DNA of 64,000 nt from Puia sp. (GCA_965214315.1 CBDCBP010000007.1:101877-165876), one strand, 5' to 3'. Numbered from the stretch's first letter, positions 30,006 to 40,243 are shown. Notes: a model not told the origin generated them from the sequence alone. Numbers and translations are program-made.

Positions 30006-31079
30006 TTAAAAATGCCAATGGTTCTCCTTCAGCAAGATCAAAAAACCCGTCACCAGCATATTCACGATCGCAAGCGGGATCATCACCTTCCAGCCAAGCT
30101 TCATCAGTTGATCATACCGGAATCTGGGGATCGTCCACCGCACCCACATAAAGAAAAAGATAAAAAGCACGATCTTCAAAAAGAAGCTCGCCGCCTGCAA
30201 CGCCGCCACCGGGTTCTGTCCCCAATGCTGCGCCAAGGCCGAGTCGTTCACAAAAGGTATATCATAGCCACCCCAGAACAGGGTCGCCATCACCGCACTG
30301 CTGATAAAGACATTCACGTATTCGGAAAATAGATAAAAACCCAGTTTCATCGAGGAATACTCCAGGTGAAAGCCCATGTTCAATTCGCTGTCCGCCTCCG
30401 ACAAGTCGAACGGCGTCCGGTTACACTCCGCGAACGAACACACCAGAAAGATCAAAAAACCTAGCGGCTGCACGTAAACATAATAGTGTCCGATCTGCTG
30501 CTGCTCTACGATTGCCTTCAAACTCAGACTCCCGGCAACCATCAACAATGAAATGATCGACAGCCCCATGGCCAACTCATAGGATATGATCTGCGAAGCC
30601 CCGCGGATTGCCGCCATCAGCGAGAACTTGTTGTTCGAGGCCCAGCCCCCGATCATCACCCCGTAAACGCCCATACTGGTGACACCAAAAATATATAGGA
30701 TACCGATATTGACGTCGGCGATCTGCATCGAGACCTGCCGGCCAAACATATTGAAATGACTGCTCCAGGGAACGACGGCACTCGTCATCATCGCCGTTAA
30801 CATCGCCAGACCGGGCCCCAGCACGAACAGCCAGTTGTTGGAATGCGTCGGGATGATCTCCTCCTTCATGAACAACTTCATCCCATCGGCCAAAGGCTGC
30901 AGGATGCCCCCGGGACCCGCCCGGCTCGGACCCCGCCGGTCTTGCATAAAGGCCGCTACCTTCCGTTCGGCATAGGTCTCATACATGGCGATAACCAGCG
31001 ACAGTACAATGATGATCGCGATCAGCACACATTTCTCGATCAATAGAACCCAGTCAATAGCTAGTAACGTTAGATGCAT
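30006..31079 (-). CDS. nuoH: NADH-quinone oxidoreductase subunit H
   Basis: It contains ERKVAAFMQDRRGP, LQPLADGMKLFMKE and AECNRTPFDLSE. Confidence 0.98.
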   Translation of the reverse strand: MHLTLLAIDWVLLIEKCVLIAIIIVLSLVIAMYETYAERKVAAFMQDRRGPSRAGPGGILQPLADGMKLFMKEEIIPTHSNNWLFVLGPGLAMLTAMMTSAVVPWSSHFNMFGRQVSMQIADVNIGILYIFGVTSMGVYGVMIGGWASNNKFSLMAAIRGASQIISYELAMGLSIISLLMVAGSLSLKAIVEQQQIGHYYVYVQPLGFLIFLVCSFAECNRTPFDLSEADSELNMGFHLEYSSMKLGFYLFSEYVNVFISSAVMATLFWGGYDIPFVNDSALAQHWGQNPVAALQAASFFLKIVLFIFFFMWVRWTIPRFRYDQLMKLGWKVMIPLAIVNMLVTGFLILLKENHWHF

Positions 31080-32260
31080 TATTGCTCATTTATTTTTTTA
31101 TCCGCCTTCCCGTACAGGTCACTGTTCCATGGATTTCCGGCAGCACTTTGCGCGCCCTCACCCCTGGCCTCATGCGCCACGAAATCCGTCGAATGCGCCG
31201 GCCCCTCTATCTTCGACAGATCGATCTCCGGCCTGTTCACTTCGCTAATGCTATGAATATCCATCAACAACTTCGGCTTCCGCCCATCGAGCACATCATA
31301 TAATACCTCCTGCGGCCGCTGGACACCCACATAGTGCCCCTGAGAGATCACACTGTGCCTGCTCACCTTGGTCGCACCATCGATGGTCCAGTCCGCCGTC
31401 TCCTTCTTTTCGAAGCGGCATTCATTGCAGATCCAGGACTCGACCTCACCCCATTCGTCTTTCCGCGCCGTGACCCGGAAGACTTCATCGCCCCGATACC
31501 ATAGGTTGACCTTGCCGCTGCATTTCGGGTTGCTGCAATCCCGATGGGCATCGACCGGCTTCAGGAACCAAACGCGGTTCTTGAACCGGAACGTCTTATC
31601 GGTCAAGGCGCCCACGGGACAAACATCTATGATGTTCCCTATAAAATCATGATCCAGCGATTTCTTGATATAGGTGGCGATCTCCGAGTGGTCACCCCGG
31701 TCCAGCACCCCATGTTCACGCTTGTCCGTGAGCTGATCCGCCGTAAACACACAACGGTAACAGAGGATACAACGCGTCATATGCAATTGAACGTAGGGGC
31801 CAATGTCATGTTTTTCAAAAGTCCGCCGCGTAAACTCATACCGGGTGCCCTCCTTGCCATGCTCGTAACCCAGGTCCTGCAGCGAACACTCGCCGGCCTG
31901 GTCACAGATCGGACAGTCCAGCGGATGGTTGATCAGCAACATCTCCACCACCCCGTTTCGCGCATCGATCACCTTCTCGCTGGTGATATTCCTGACGATC
32001 ATGCCGTCCATGACATTCGTCCGGCAACTGGCCACCAGCTTCGGCATCGGCCTCGGATCGGCGGTGCTGCCCGCGGCGACTTCCACCAGACAGGTCCGGC
32101 ACTTGCCGCCACTTCCCTTCAGTTTGCTGTAGTAACACATCGCCGGCGGCGCCACATCACCCCCAATCTTTCGCGCAGCCATGAGGATGCTCGTCCCCGG
32201 CTCCACTTCCACTGTGATATTGTCGATCGTAACCTTAAACAACTTCTTCTCTTCAGCCAT
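31079..32260 (-). CDS. nuoG: NADH-quinone oxidoreductase subunit G, short form (393 aa)
   Basis: The real start is MAEEKKLFKV at 32260. It contains AMCYY...GKCRTC, HPLDCPICDQAGEC, CILCYRC and CPVGAL. Confidence 0.93.
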   Translation of the reverse strand: MAEEKKLFKVTIDNITVEVEPGTSILMAARKIGGDVAPPAMCYYSKLKGSGGKCRTCLVEVAAGSTADPRPMPKLVASCRTNVMDGMIVRNITSEKVIDARNGVVEMLLINHPLDCPICDQAGECSLQDLGYEHGKEGTRYEFTRRTFEKHDIGPYVQLHMTRCILCYRCVFTADQLTDKREHGVLDRGDHSEIATYIKKSLDHDFIGNIIDVCPVGALTDKTFRFKNRVWFLKPVDAHRDCSNPKCSGKVNLWYRGDEVFRVTARKDEWGEVESWICNECRFEKKETADWTIDGATKVSRHSVISQGHYVGVQRPQEVLYDVLDGRKPKLLMDIHSISEVNRPEIDLSKIEGPAHSTDFVAHEARGEGAQSAAGNPWNSDLYGKADKKINEQ

Positions 32261-32270
32261 AAAGATATAT

Positions 32271-33623
32271 TTAAGCAGTCGCCACCGTAAGTGGGTCAGC
32301 ATAATTCGCCAAACCATAATTCCTGACCAGACACTCCTTTGGATTGTCCACATGCCACTCGAACTCATCGCGGAAATGCCGGATCGCCGCTGCCACCGGC
32401 CATGCCGCCGCATCCCCTAAAGGACAGATCGTGTTCCCCTCTATTTTGCGCTGGATATCCCAAAGCAAATCGATATCACTCTTCTTGCCCTTACCCGCAT
32501 CGATATTCTTCAGGATCTTTTCCATCCAGCCCGTCCCCTCGCGGCAGGGCGAACATTGCCCGCAACTCTCATGCCGGTAGAATCGCGCCAGCGTCATCGT
32601 ATGCTTGACCACACACTGGTCTTCATCCAATACAATAAAGCCACCCGAGCCCATCATCGAGCCCTTGGGAAAACCACCATCCGAAAGACTCTCATAGTTC
32701 ATCATCCTGGTTTCGCCCTTGGCAGTCTTCAGCAGGAGATTAGCCGGCAGGATCGGCACGCTTGAACCACCCGGGATACAAGCCTTCAGGCGCTTGCCGT
32801 TCGCGATCCCCCCGCAATATTCATCGGAATAAATGAATTCTTCAACAGAAATGGTCATGTCGATCTCGTACACGCCTGGCTTATTGATGTTCCCGCAGGC
32901 ACTCAACAGCTTCGTCCCCGTGCTCTTACCCACACCGATCTTAGCATATTCTTCCCCGCCTATATTCATGATCGGTACCACCGCCGTCAGCGTCTCTACA
33001 TTGTTGACCACCGTCGGCCGGTCCCACAAACCCCTCACCGCCGGAAAAGGCGGCTTGATTCGGGGGTTTCCCCTCTTACCTTCCAATGATTCCAATAACG
33101 CGGTCTCCTCGCCGCAGATGTAGGCGCCGGCACCCGTATGCACATAGATCTCGCAGTCAAAGCCCGTTCCCAGGATATTCGTCCCGAGCCAGCCATTCGC
33201 TTTGGCTTCGGCGATCGCCTGCTCCAGGATCTCGGGGATCCAGGCATATTCGCCACGGATATAGATATACGTCTGCTTGCTCCCAAGCGCATACGACGAG
33301 ACGATCAACCCTTCTATCAACAGATGCGGCAGGAATTCCATCAGGTAACGGTCCTTGAATGTTCCCGGCTCCGACTCATCCGCATTGCAAACCAAGTGAC
33401 GCGGCACACCTTCCGGCTTGGCCAGAAAGCTCCATTTCATGCCCGTTGGGAAACCCGCACCACCGCGGCCGCGAAGCCCGCTCTTCTTCACCTCTTCCGT
33501 CACCTGGTCGGGCGTCAGTTTCAGCGCCTTCTCGACACTGGCATAACCGCCTTCCCGCCGATAAACCTCATATCCACGGATACCCGGCACTCCGGCCTTG
33601 TCTAATAAGAGTTTTCTACCCAT
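32271..33623 (-). CDS. nuoF: NADH-quinone oxidoreductase subunit F
   Basis: It contains SGLRGRGGAGFPTGMKW, NADESEPGTFKDR, GAGAYICGEETAL and ESCGQCSPCREG. Confidence 0.99.
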   Translation of the reverse strand: MGRKLLLDKAGVPGIRGYEVYRREGGYASVEKALKLTPDQVTEEVKKSGLRGRGGAGFPTGMKWSFLAKPEGVPRHLVCNADESEPGTFKDRYLMEFLPHLLIEGLIVSSYALGSKQTYIYIRGEYAWIPEILEQAIAEAKANGWLGTNILGTGFDCEIYVHTGAGAYICGEETALLESLEGKRGNPRIKPPFPAVRGLWDRPTVVNNVETLTAVVPIMNIGGEEYAKIGVGKSTGTKLLSACGNINKPGVYEIDMTISVEEFIYSDEYCGGIANGKRLKACIPGGSSVPILPANLLLKTAKGETRMMNYESLSDGGFPKGSMMGSGGFIVLDEDQCVVKHTMTLARFYRHESCGQCSPCREGTGWMEKILKNIDAGKGKKSDIDLLWDIQRKIEGNTICPLGDAAAWPVAAAIRHFRDEFEWHVDNPKECLVRNYGLANYADPLTVATA

Positions 33624-33626
33624 GTG

Positions 33627-33827
33627 CTATTTATTTTTATCGTCGAACGCCTTTGGCCTTCTCCGGTAAACAATGATCTGTATTGCCGCCGCCAGGTAAA
33701 ACCCACCTGTCAGGCTCAGCAGGATCGTCTTCGTGGTTTCCGCCGTCACTAGCATACTCGCCACCATCACAGCAAGCCCCGCGAACAACAAACTAAAGGT
33801 GACGATCCTAAAATTCAGCTTGCTCAT
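33627..33827 (-). CDS. Small 66-aa two-TM hypothetical protein inside the nuo operon
   Basis: It fits between nuoE and nuoF, ending 3 bp before the nuoF start. It has two hydrophobic helices and a basic C-terminal tail. Confidence 0.7.
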   Translation of the reverse strand: MSKLNFRIVTFSLLFAGLAVMVASMLVTAETTKTILLSLTGGFYLAAAIQIIVYRRRPKAFDDKNK

Positions 33828-33874
33828 AACACAAAATTTTACCCGCTACCCCCCCGGCACCCCCGCCGCCGGAC

Positions 33875-34375
33875 TCAATTATTCGTAGCCGCCGTTTTCC
33901 TGCACTCCGCTATGATCTCATCTACCTTTGCCGGCGTCAAATGTTCTCTGAAATACTTACCCAATTGCATCATCGGCGCATAGCCGCAGGCGCCGAGGCA
34001 TTCCACCGCCTTCAGCGTGAACAACCCATCGGCCGTCGTCTCACCCACGCCGATCCCCAAAACCTGTTTAATATGCCCTATAATCCCATCACTCCCCTTG
34101 ATCATACAGGGGCCCGTCTGACAAACTTCGAAAATATACCTGCCCACCGGCTTCAGGTTATACATGCTATAAAAGGTGGCTACTTCATATACCTCGATCG
34201 GCTCCAGGCGCAACAGCGTGGCCACATAGTCCATCGCATCGACACTCAACCAGCCGCCAAACTCATCCTGCGCCAAATGCAGTACCGGGATGATCGCACT
34301 CTTATGCTTTCCCTCCGGGTAGCGCGAGATGATCTCCTCGACTTTCCTTAATTTCTCGTCCGAAAATTTCACCAT
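33875..34375 (-). CDS. nuoE: NADH-quinone oxidoreductase subunit E
   Basis: The real start is MVKFSDEK at 34375. It contains VATFYSMY, VCQTGPCMIKG and ECLGACGYAPM. Confidence 0.97.
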   Translation of the reverse strand: MVKFSDEKLRKVEEIISRYPEGKHKSAIIPVLHLAQDEFGGWLSVDAMDYVATLLRLEPIEVYEVATFYSMYNLKPVGRYIFEVCQTGPCMIKGSDGIIGHIKQVLGIGVGETTADGLFTLKAVECLGACGYAPMMQLGKYFREHLTPAKVDEIIAECRKTAATNN

Positions 34376-34416
34376 AGTCGTATAATTCAAGCGTGCCGCC
34401 AGGCACGCATCGTGTC

Positions 34417-35640
34417 TTAAGCATCCATTTCTCCGGCAATCAAATTCAAAGAAGACATCACGATCACTGCATCGCTCAGCATCGCCCCCTTCGTCATCTC
34501 CGAATAAGCCTGGTAATAGATAAAACAGGGTCGGCGGAAATGCAACCGGTACGGCGTCCGCCCCCCATCGCTGATCAGGTAAAATCCGAGTTCGCCATTG
34601 CCGCCTTCCACGCTGTAATAGACTTCCCCGGGCGGGATCTCCGTTTCGCCCATCACGATCTTGAAGTGATAGATCAGGGCTTCCATCTTCGTATACACGT
34701 CTTTCTTCGCCGGCAGATAATACGCCGGCGCATCTGCATGGAACACCTCGGATTCCACACCCTTCATGTCCTGCACCTTCCGGTAAGCCTGTTCGATGAT
34801 CCGCAGCGACTGCCACATCTCCCCATTTCGCACGAGGAAACGATCGTAACAGTCTCCCGTCGAACCTACTGGTATCTCAAATTCAAAATCTTCATAACTG
34901 CTGTAAGGCGTATGTGACCTCACGTCATAGTCTACCCCTGCCGCCCGCAAATTTGGACCGGTAAACCCATAGTTCAGCGCCCGATCCGCACTGATCGGTC
35001 CTGCACCAATCGTCCGCTCCATAAAAATGCGGTTCCGGGTGAACATGTTCTCGAATTCTTTCAACACATCCGGATATTCGGCCAAAAATTTCTCTATTTT
35101 CTGAAAAGCAGTATCGGTGAAATTACGCTCGAATCCCCCGATCCGGCCCATATTCGTCGTCAGCCTGCTCCCGCAAACCTCTTCATAGATCTCATAGATC
35201 AGTTCGCGGTACTGCATCACGTACAGGAATCCCGTGAACGCCCCCGAATCCACCCCGACAACCGAATTGCAGATCAGGTGATCGCTGATCCGCGACAGCT
35301 CCATGATGATGATGCGCAGGTAGTCCACACGTTTCGGCGTCTTTACCCCGAGCAATTTCTCACAGGTCAGATGCCAGCCCATATTGTTGATCGGTGAAGA
35401 ACAATAGTTCAGGCGATCCGTTAATGTCGTGATCTGATAAAGCGGACGCCGCTCAGCTAATTTCTCAAACGCGCGATGGATATACCCGACCGTCTGCTCC
35501 GCCGAGACGATCCGTTCGCCGTCCAGCTCAAGGATATTCTGAAACACCCCATGCGTAGCCGGATGCGTAGGCCCCAGGTTCAACGTGGTGGTGGTCTTTT
35601 CAATGCTCCCTTCCGGTAGCTTTATGTGATGCTCGCTCAT
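34417..35640 (-). CDS. nuoD: NADH-quinone oxidoreductase subunit D
   Basis: It contains LNLGPTHPATHGV, GYIHRAFEK, DRLNYCS and GELGFYLISDG. Confidence 0.98.
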   Translation of the reverse strand: MSEHHIKLPEGSIEKTTTTLNLGPTHPATHGVFQNILELDGERIVSAEQTVGYIHRAFEKLAERRPLYQITTLTDRLNYCSSPINNMGWHLTCEKLLGVKTPKRVDYLRIIIMELSRISDHLICNSVVGVDSGAFTGFLYVMQYRELIYEIYEEVCGSRLTTNMGRIGGFERNFTDTAFQKIEKFLAEYPDVLKEFENMFTRNRIFMERTIGAGPISADRALNYGFTGPNLRAAGVDYDVRSHTPYSSYEDFEFEIPVGSTGDCYDRFLVRNGEMWQSLRIIEQAYRKVQDMKGVESEVFHADAPAYYLPAKKDVYTKMEALIYHFKIVMGETEIPPGEVYYSVEGGNGELGFYLISDGGRTPYRLHFRRPCFIYYQAYSEMTKGAMLSDAVIVMSSLNLIAGEMDA

Positions 35641-35649
35641 GTTTCGCAT

Positions 35650-36288
35650 TTAGACTTTAGTAGACTCGGTCGGCCAGTCCTGCTTCTCATTGTTGGAACC
35701 GGGCGTCCCGCTGGCCGGCACCGTCGGCTCTCTCGCCTTCCTGGGCGTCTCGACCGCTCCGTCATTCGCCGCCGCCGGCAACTGACCCCGCCCAAACATC
35801 GCATCGTCTTTGTCGATCCTGGTCTGATCCTCCAACGGGAATTCTTTCCGCATCGGAAAATATTCCATCTCATCCACATTCAAGATGCGCTTCAGGTTCG
35901 GATGCCCGACAAAATTGATCCCAAAGAAATCGTAGGTTTCCCGCTCCATCCAGTTGGCCGCGGAAAAAAGCTGCGTGGCAGTAAAGATATCGGGCTTCGC
36001 GATAGCCGTAAAGACCTTGAAGCGCAACCGGACATTCTCCTTCAAATTATGCAGATGGTAAACGACCGCCAATTCTCTCCCGGGCCGGTCGGGATAATGC
36101 ACCGCCGTAAGATCGGTCATGAACTGAAAACCCAGTTCCTCGTCTTCAAAAAGATATTGCAGTACTTTCAAATTGGCCTCCTTCGGCGCCTCAAAGGTCA
36201 GAAGACCATAGGGCTCTTCAAACTGGGAAACTTGTTCTCCGAATTTGGCGATAAGCCGGTCCTTGATCGTTTCGTTGGTTAATGCCAT
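35650..36288 (-). CDS. nuoC: NADH-quinone oxidoreductase subunit C
   Basis: It contains ANWMERETYDFFGINFVGHPNLKRIL and FPMRKEFPL. Confidence 0.97.
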   Translation of the reverse strand: MALTNETIKDRLIAKFGEQVSQFEEPYGLLTFEAPKEANLKVLQYLFEDEELGFQFMTDLTAVHYPDRPGRELAVVYHLHNLKENVRLRFKVFTAIAKPDIFTATQLFSAANWMERETYDFFGINFVGHPNLKRILNVDEMEYFPMRKEFPLEDQTRIDKDDAMFGRGQLPAAANDGAVETPRKAREPTVPASGTPGSNNEKQDWPTESTKV

Positions 36289-36293
36289 AAGAA

Positions 36294-36884
36294 TTATTGT
36301 ATCCCGTAGCTCTGTAACAATCCTTTATACTGGTCTCCACTACGTCTCCGCACACTTTCATTGCCAACCAGGTCCTGGATGCGGATAAAACCATCCAGAA
36401 TAGCCTCCGGCCGGGGCGGACAACCTGGGACGTACACATCCACAGGCACCACCTGGTCTATCCCCTGCAAAACACTGTAAGTATCGAAAATACCGCCGCT
36501 GCATGCACAGGCACCCACAGCCATCACCCAACGGGGCTCGGCCATCTGCAGGTAAACTTGTTTCACGATCGGGCCCATCTTTTTGGCAATGGTCCCCATC
36601 ACCATTAAAAGATCGCACTGCCTGGGTGAGAACGCAAGCCGTTCCGCCCCAAACCGCGCCAGATCATAGTGACTGGCCATTGTTGCCATGAACTCGATGC
36701 CGCAACAGGATGTGGCAAAAGGGAGCGGCCAAATCGAATTCTTGCGCCCCAAACCCACTACTTTACTCAGCGTGGTAGCGAAAAACCCCTCGCCCATATA
36801 GCCCTCGGGCATATTGGTAAGGCTGATATTGTCTTTGATATCAGCCTGTATGGGATGGACATTGAACCTTACCGGACGTGCCAT
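36294..36884 (-). CDS. nuoB: NADH-quinone oxidoreductase subunit B
   Basis: The likely start is MARPV at 36884. It contains TSCCGIEFM, FSPRQCD, GACACSGG and DVYVPGCPPRPE. Confidence 0.98.
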   Translation of the reverse strand: MARPVRFNVHPIQADIKDNISLTNMPEGYMGEGFFATTLSKVVGLGRKNSIWPLPFATSCCGIEFMATMASHYDLARFGAERLAFSPRQCDLLMVMGTIAKKMGPIVKQVYLQMAEPRWVMAVGACACSGGIFDTYSVLQGIDQVVPVDVYVPGCPPRPEAILDGFIRIQDLVGNESVRRRSGDQYKGLLQSYGIQ

Positions 36885-37017
36885 ATGATTAAATATTTTA
36901 ATGAACAACAAACCACCTGTAAGAGTGGTTCCCTGCTTTCCATTTTTCACCCGTATTTAACAAGCAACGTATACTTTTATTGTGCCATTTTTATTGGCCT
37001 ATTCCCCCGGCTCCACA

Positions 37018-37431
37018 TCAGTCCTCCCAATGCAGCGCCCCTTTTTTCTGGATATAGATAAAGCCAACCAAAAAGAACGCTACAAACAGCAAAACCTCCC
37101 CAAAGCCGGACCATCCGAGTTCCCGGAAATTCACCGCATAGGGGTAAAAGAAAATCACCTCCACATCAAACAAAACGAATAAGATGGCTACTAAGAAATA
37201 TTTGATGGCCATCGGATGACGGGCATTGCCCACCCCCTCGATACCACTCTCAAAGTTTTGCAATTTTTCGGCCGTTTTTCTTTTGGGTCCCAGAAGATGA
37301 GTGACGCCAAGAACCAGCCCTACGAAGCCCAGCGCGAACAAAAATTGGACACCGATGGGAAAATAACTGACGGAATTATTCAGATTTGAATCGGTCGCAA
37401 GGGTATTGGCCTGTAGGAGAATGATGTCCAT
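37018..37431 (-). CDS. nuoA: NADH-quinone oxidoreductase subunit A
   Basis: It contains NFESGIE and KYFLVAILFVLFDVEVIFFYP. Confidence 0.97.
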   Translation of the reverse strand: MDIILLQANTLATDSNLNNSVSYFPIGVQFLFALGFVGLVLGVTHLLGPKRKTAEKLQNFESGIEGVGNARHPMAIKYFLVAILFVLFDVEVIFFYPYAVNFRELGWSGFGEVLLFVAFFLVGFIYIQKKGALHWED

Positions 37432-37482
37432 TGTGTTTCATTAACAGGAGACAAAAATAAGCTAGCCGGTGGAAATTCCAAC

Positions 37483-37524
37483 AAAAAAAGAGGCCGGCCC
37501 CAAATTAAAAGTGGAGTCGGCCCC
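37483..37524 (-). terminator. Intrinsic terminator after the TPR gene
   Basis: The minus strand has GGGGCCGACTCC...GGGGCCGGCCTC (a stem with G-U pairs and one mismatch) followed by T7. Confidence 0.6.
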
Positions 37525-37576
37525 TTTATAGTCAATAATATAGGTGATTTAAACAAAGGATCACCCTCAAAATCGT

Positions 37577-39259
37577 TTACTTCGCCCCAGCAGCCTTCGG
37601 CTTGGCTGGCGCCGGCTTTTTCGACAGGGCATCCTTTATCTTCTGTGCAGAAGTATTGGTTGGGTCTACCTGCAACACTTGATCCATCCAATAGATAGCC
37701 GCGGGTTTGTCATGTTTGATGTCGTTTGAGTAGCTTGCCATATAAAAATAAGCATTCACTATCTGAGACTTGTATTTAATCGAATCTGCCGATCCAGCAG
37801 CCTTCGCCGTGGAATCGAGCGCCCTGGCTACTTGCGCCAGTTTTTGTTGCGCTTCTACCGCCAGGCCCTGGCTATTGGTTGAATCATCCATCGCAACCTT
37901 TGATCGGGCACACCATAAATAGCCATATATCTCCGTCGGGTACTGTGTCGTATACATTCCGCAGAAAATGCTGTCCGACGTCTTGTAATTTCCCGCCTGG
38001 TAATTGGCGATCCCCCAATTATAAAGATCAGTATTGATGGGCGCTTTAATGAACGGATACCCGACCCCTAACCAATAGGCATAAGCAAGCTTATGTCCGC
38101 CGGCCTTGGCGTCCGCCGCCGCGTCCTTGATGATCTGCAGCTTATCGGCCAGCACGGTGTCCAGACTAATGGCTTTCATGTAACTGCCAACCGAGGCCGC
38201 ACTATCTGTCGGGAATTTCGACTGTATCTTCCCCAGAAACTTATAGTCATTCGCCACGAATGCATCCGCCTTCTGCTTGGCAAAGTACTGCGTGAGATAA
38301 TCCTTGGCATCCGTGCTGTCACCCTTTGCATCATAGCAATAGGCGATCAGCAGGTAGTATTTAGGATAGGCTTTATCACCCTGGGCCTGGATCGCCGCCT
38401 TCGATTGGGTAATGGTCTCATCATACTTCTTGGCCACATACCCCAGCGAGATCCGGTCATATTCATTCTGCGGAGTCGCATCGGCTACGGCCATATATTT
38501 GTTCAAATTGTCGGTGGACTTGTCTACATCACCATGTTGGAAATACCAGGTATACAGCGCATAAAAAGCCGGTGCATAATTGGGATCGAGCGTGATGGCA
38601 TCCGTATAAGCCGGTATAAAGAATTCCGGGTTGTTTTGACTCTGATAGATCAAACCGATCTTATATTTTGCTTCCGCATCTTTTGGATCGATCGTGAGCG
38701 CTTTCTGATAAGCTGTAACAGCATTTCCGCCATCGACCAGTTTGCGGTAAGCATCCCCCATCAACACATAGGTCTCGGCACTGTTAAAACCCTTGACCTG
38801 CGTCGCCTGCGTCAGCTTCTCCACCGCATATTGGGCATCCCCTGCCGGAGCATCGATACTATTGTCGGCAATAGCATTCAACACCGCAATGTCCTTCCCC
38901 TTGCTCAGACTAACCGCCGTTTCGAAACGGGCCTTCGCATCCGCCGCCTTCCCCATCCGCAATTCCACGCCGCCCATGCCGGCAAGCAACAAAGGAGCCG
39001 TCCCGTTCGTCTGCAAAGCCTTGGAATAAATATCCCCTGCGCCGACAGAATCCTTCAGGTCCAATAGCGTCTGCCCCTTCCAATAAATTGCATCAATATT
39101 GTTAGGATTGGAAGCGAGTATCTTGTCGAAAACATCGTTTGCACTCTTGAAACGATGATAATAAAGGAATCTCTTCCCCTGATCCACCGATTGCGCAAAA
39201 GCCACGTTGCAAAGACTTGCAACGCCTGCCACCAGTAAGCTGAATCGCATCTTGTTCAT
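37577..39259 (-). CDS. Secreted tetratricopeptide-repeat protein
   Basis: It has a signal peptide (AFA-QS) and repeated helical TPR patterns such as YVLMGDAYRK...AVTAYQKALTIDPK. Confidence 0.9.
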   Translation of the reverse strand: MNKMRFSLLVAGVASLCNVAFAQSVDQGKRFLYYHRFKSANDVFDKILASNPNNIDAIYWKGQTLLDLKDSVGAGDIYSKALQTNGTAPLLLAGMGGVELRMGKAADAKARFETAVSLSKGKDIAVLNAIADNSIDAPAGDAQYAVEKLTQATQVKGFNSAETYVLMGDAYRKLVDGGNAVTAYQKALTIDPKDAEAKYKIGLIYQSQNNPEFFIPAYTDAITLDPNYAPAFYALYTWYFQHGDVDKSTDNLNKYMAVADATPQNEYDRISLGYVAKKYDETITQSKAAIQAQGDKAYPKYYLLIAYCYDAKGDSTDAKDYLTQYFAKQKADAFVANDYKFLGKIQSKFPTDSAASVGSYMKAISLDTVLADKLQIIKDAAADAKAGGHKLAYAYWLGVGYPFIKAPINTDLYNWGIANYQAGNYKTSDSIFCGMYTTQYPTEIYGYLWCARSKVAMDDSTNSQGLAVEAQQKLAQVARALDSTAKAAGSADSIKYKSQIVNAYFYMASYSNDIKHDKPAAIYWMDQVLQVDPTNTSAQKIKDALSKKPAPAKPKAAGAK

Positions 39260-39331
39260 TACTTAGCTTTGTTTTGAAGTGAAGTGTATAAAATTATTGA
39301 AATCTGGTTTAAAAAAAATGAAAAAGATCGG

Positions 39332-40243
39332 CTACTTGTCCAGCTGTACATCCCGGAGCTGAAAGTTCATACCCGCGGGCCATAAATAGGCCTTCGTAAA
39401 GATCAACTGGCCCCGCTCATAACTGAGAAAGTTCTCGAAGTTGTTCCCGATGCCGCTGAAGTCCTCCTTCAGGATATAGTACAAACTCCGCACCAGCGGA
39501 TAGCGCTTCAACGCAATATTCGCCTGAAAAGGCTTCACATGCGTGCTGCCAAGACAGGAAACACACTGGATCGCCGCCACATTCACTTTCCGCAGAAAGC
39601 TGGTATCATTGGGATCGCTCTTATCCCCCACCCAGCTAACACCAATAAACCCCACCGCACGGGGATTATTCGCCACATAGTTCACGACACCTTCACTGCT
39701 CTTGGCCGCCGTCACATTCTTACCCAGCGGCTTTCCCTTAAGGATACTGTCGATCGCATACCGCACCGTACTCGTCGCCGACAACCCATCCATCACCGGC
39801 AGGTACTTCGTATCCGTCCCATTCAGCATATTCACCAGGTCCTTCATCTCGAAAATAGAGTCTTTTGAAGCAGGGTTCACGATCACTGCTATAGCGTCAA
39901 AAGCAAGTACCCCCCAGGTCGGCTTCAAATGAAAACTGTCTTTGTAAAAATCACTTTCCTCCTGCGTCAGCCCACGGGTCACAAGGACCATCCGCGTGCT
40001 GTCCGTTGCAAGGTCCTTGAGGCACTGCGCCTCGGGCTTATAGTCCGCAATGATGTGCGCATCGGGGAAAGACGACTCGAACACCTTTATCTGACTGTCG
40101 ATCACAGGTTTGAAAGACTCGTCCACACTGATATGGATCGTCCCGGATGTGGGCGTCTCCTGCGCTGTCATGGACCCGCCGCTGCCGCAGCTGCTGAAGA
40201 GCAGACAAAACATTATTCCTGTCAGAACGCCTTTACCAATCAT
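39332..40243 (-). CDS. PstS-like substrate-binding lipoprotein
   Basis: It has the lipobox LFSSC, then ETPTSGTIHISVDESFKPVI, LAFDAIAVIVN and YPLVRSLY (PBP-like fold). Confidence 0.88.
   Translation of the reverse strand: MIGKGVLTGIMFCLLFSSCGSGGSMTAQETPTSGTIHISVDESFKPVIDSQIKVFESSFPDAHIIADYKPEAQCLKDLATDSTRMVLVTRGLTQEESDFYKDSFHLKPTWGVLAFDAIAVIVNPASKDSIFEMKDLVNMLNGTDTKYLPVMDGLSATSTVRYAIDSILKGKPLGKNVTAAKSSEGVVNYVANNPRAVGFIGVSWVGDKSDPNDTSFLRKVNVAAIQCVSCLGSTHVKPFQANIALKRYPLVRSLYYILKEDFSGIGNNFENFLSYERGQLIFTKAYLWPAGMNFQLRDVQLDK

Noticed and set aside
33840-33874. G-rich tract after nuoE as a G-quadruplex or terminator
   Set aside because: The G runs are irregular, there is no clean stem or U-tract, and the tract fits the general strand skew.
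31079-34816. Long N-terminal extensions of nuoG (from 32413) and nuoE (from 34816) given by the ORF track
   Set aside because: The extensions overlap nuoF and nuoD in other frames. Homology-like sequence starts at 32260 and 34375.
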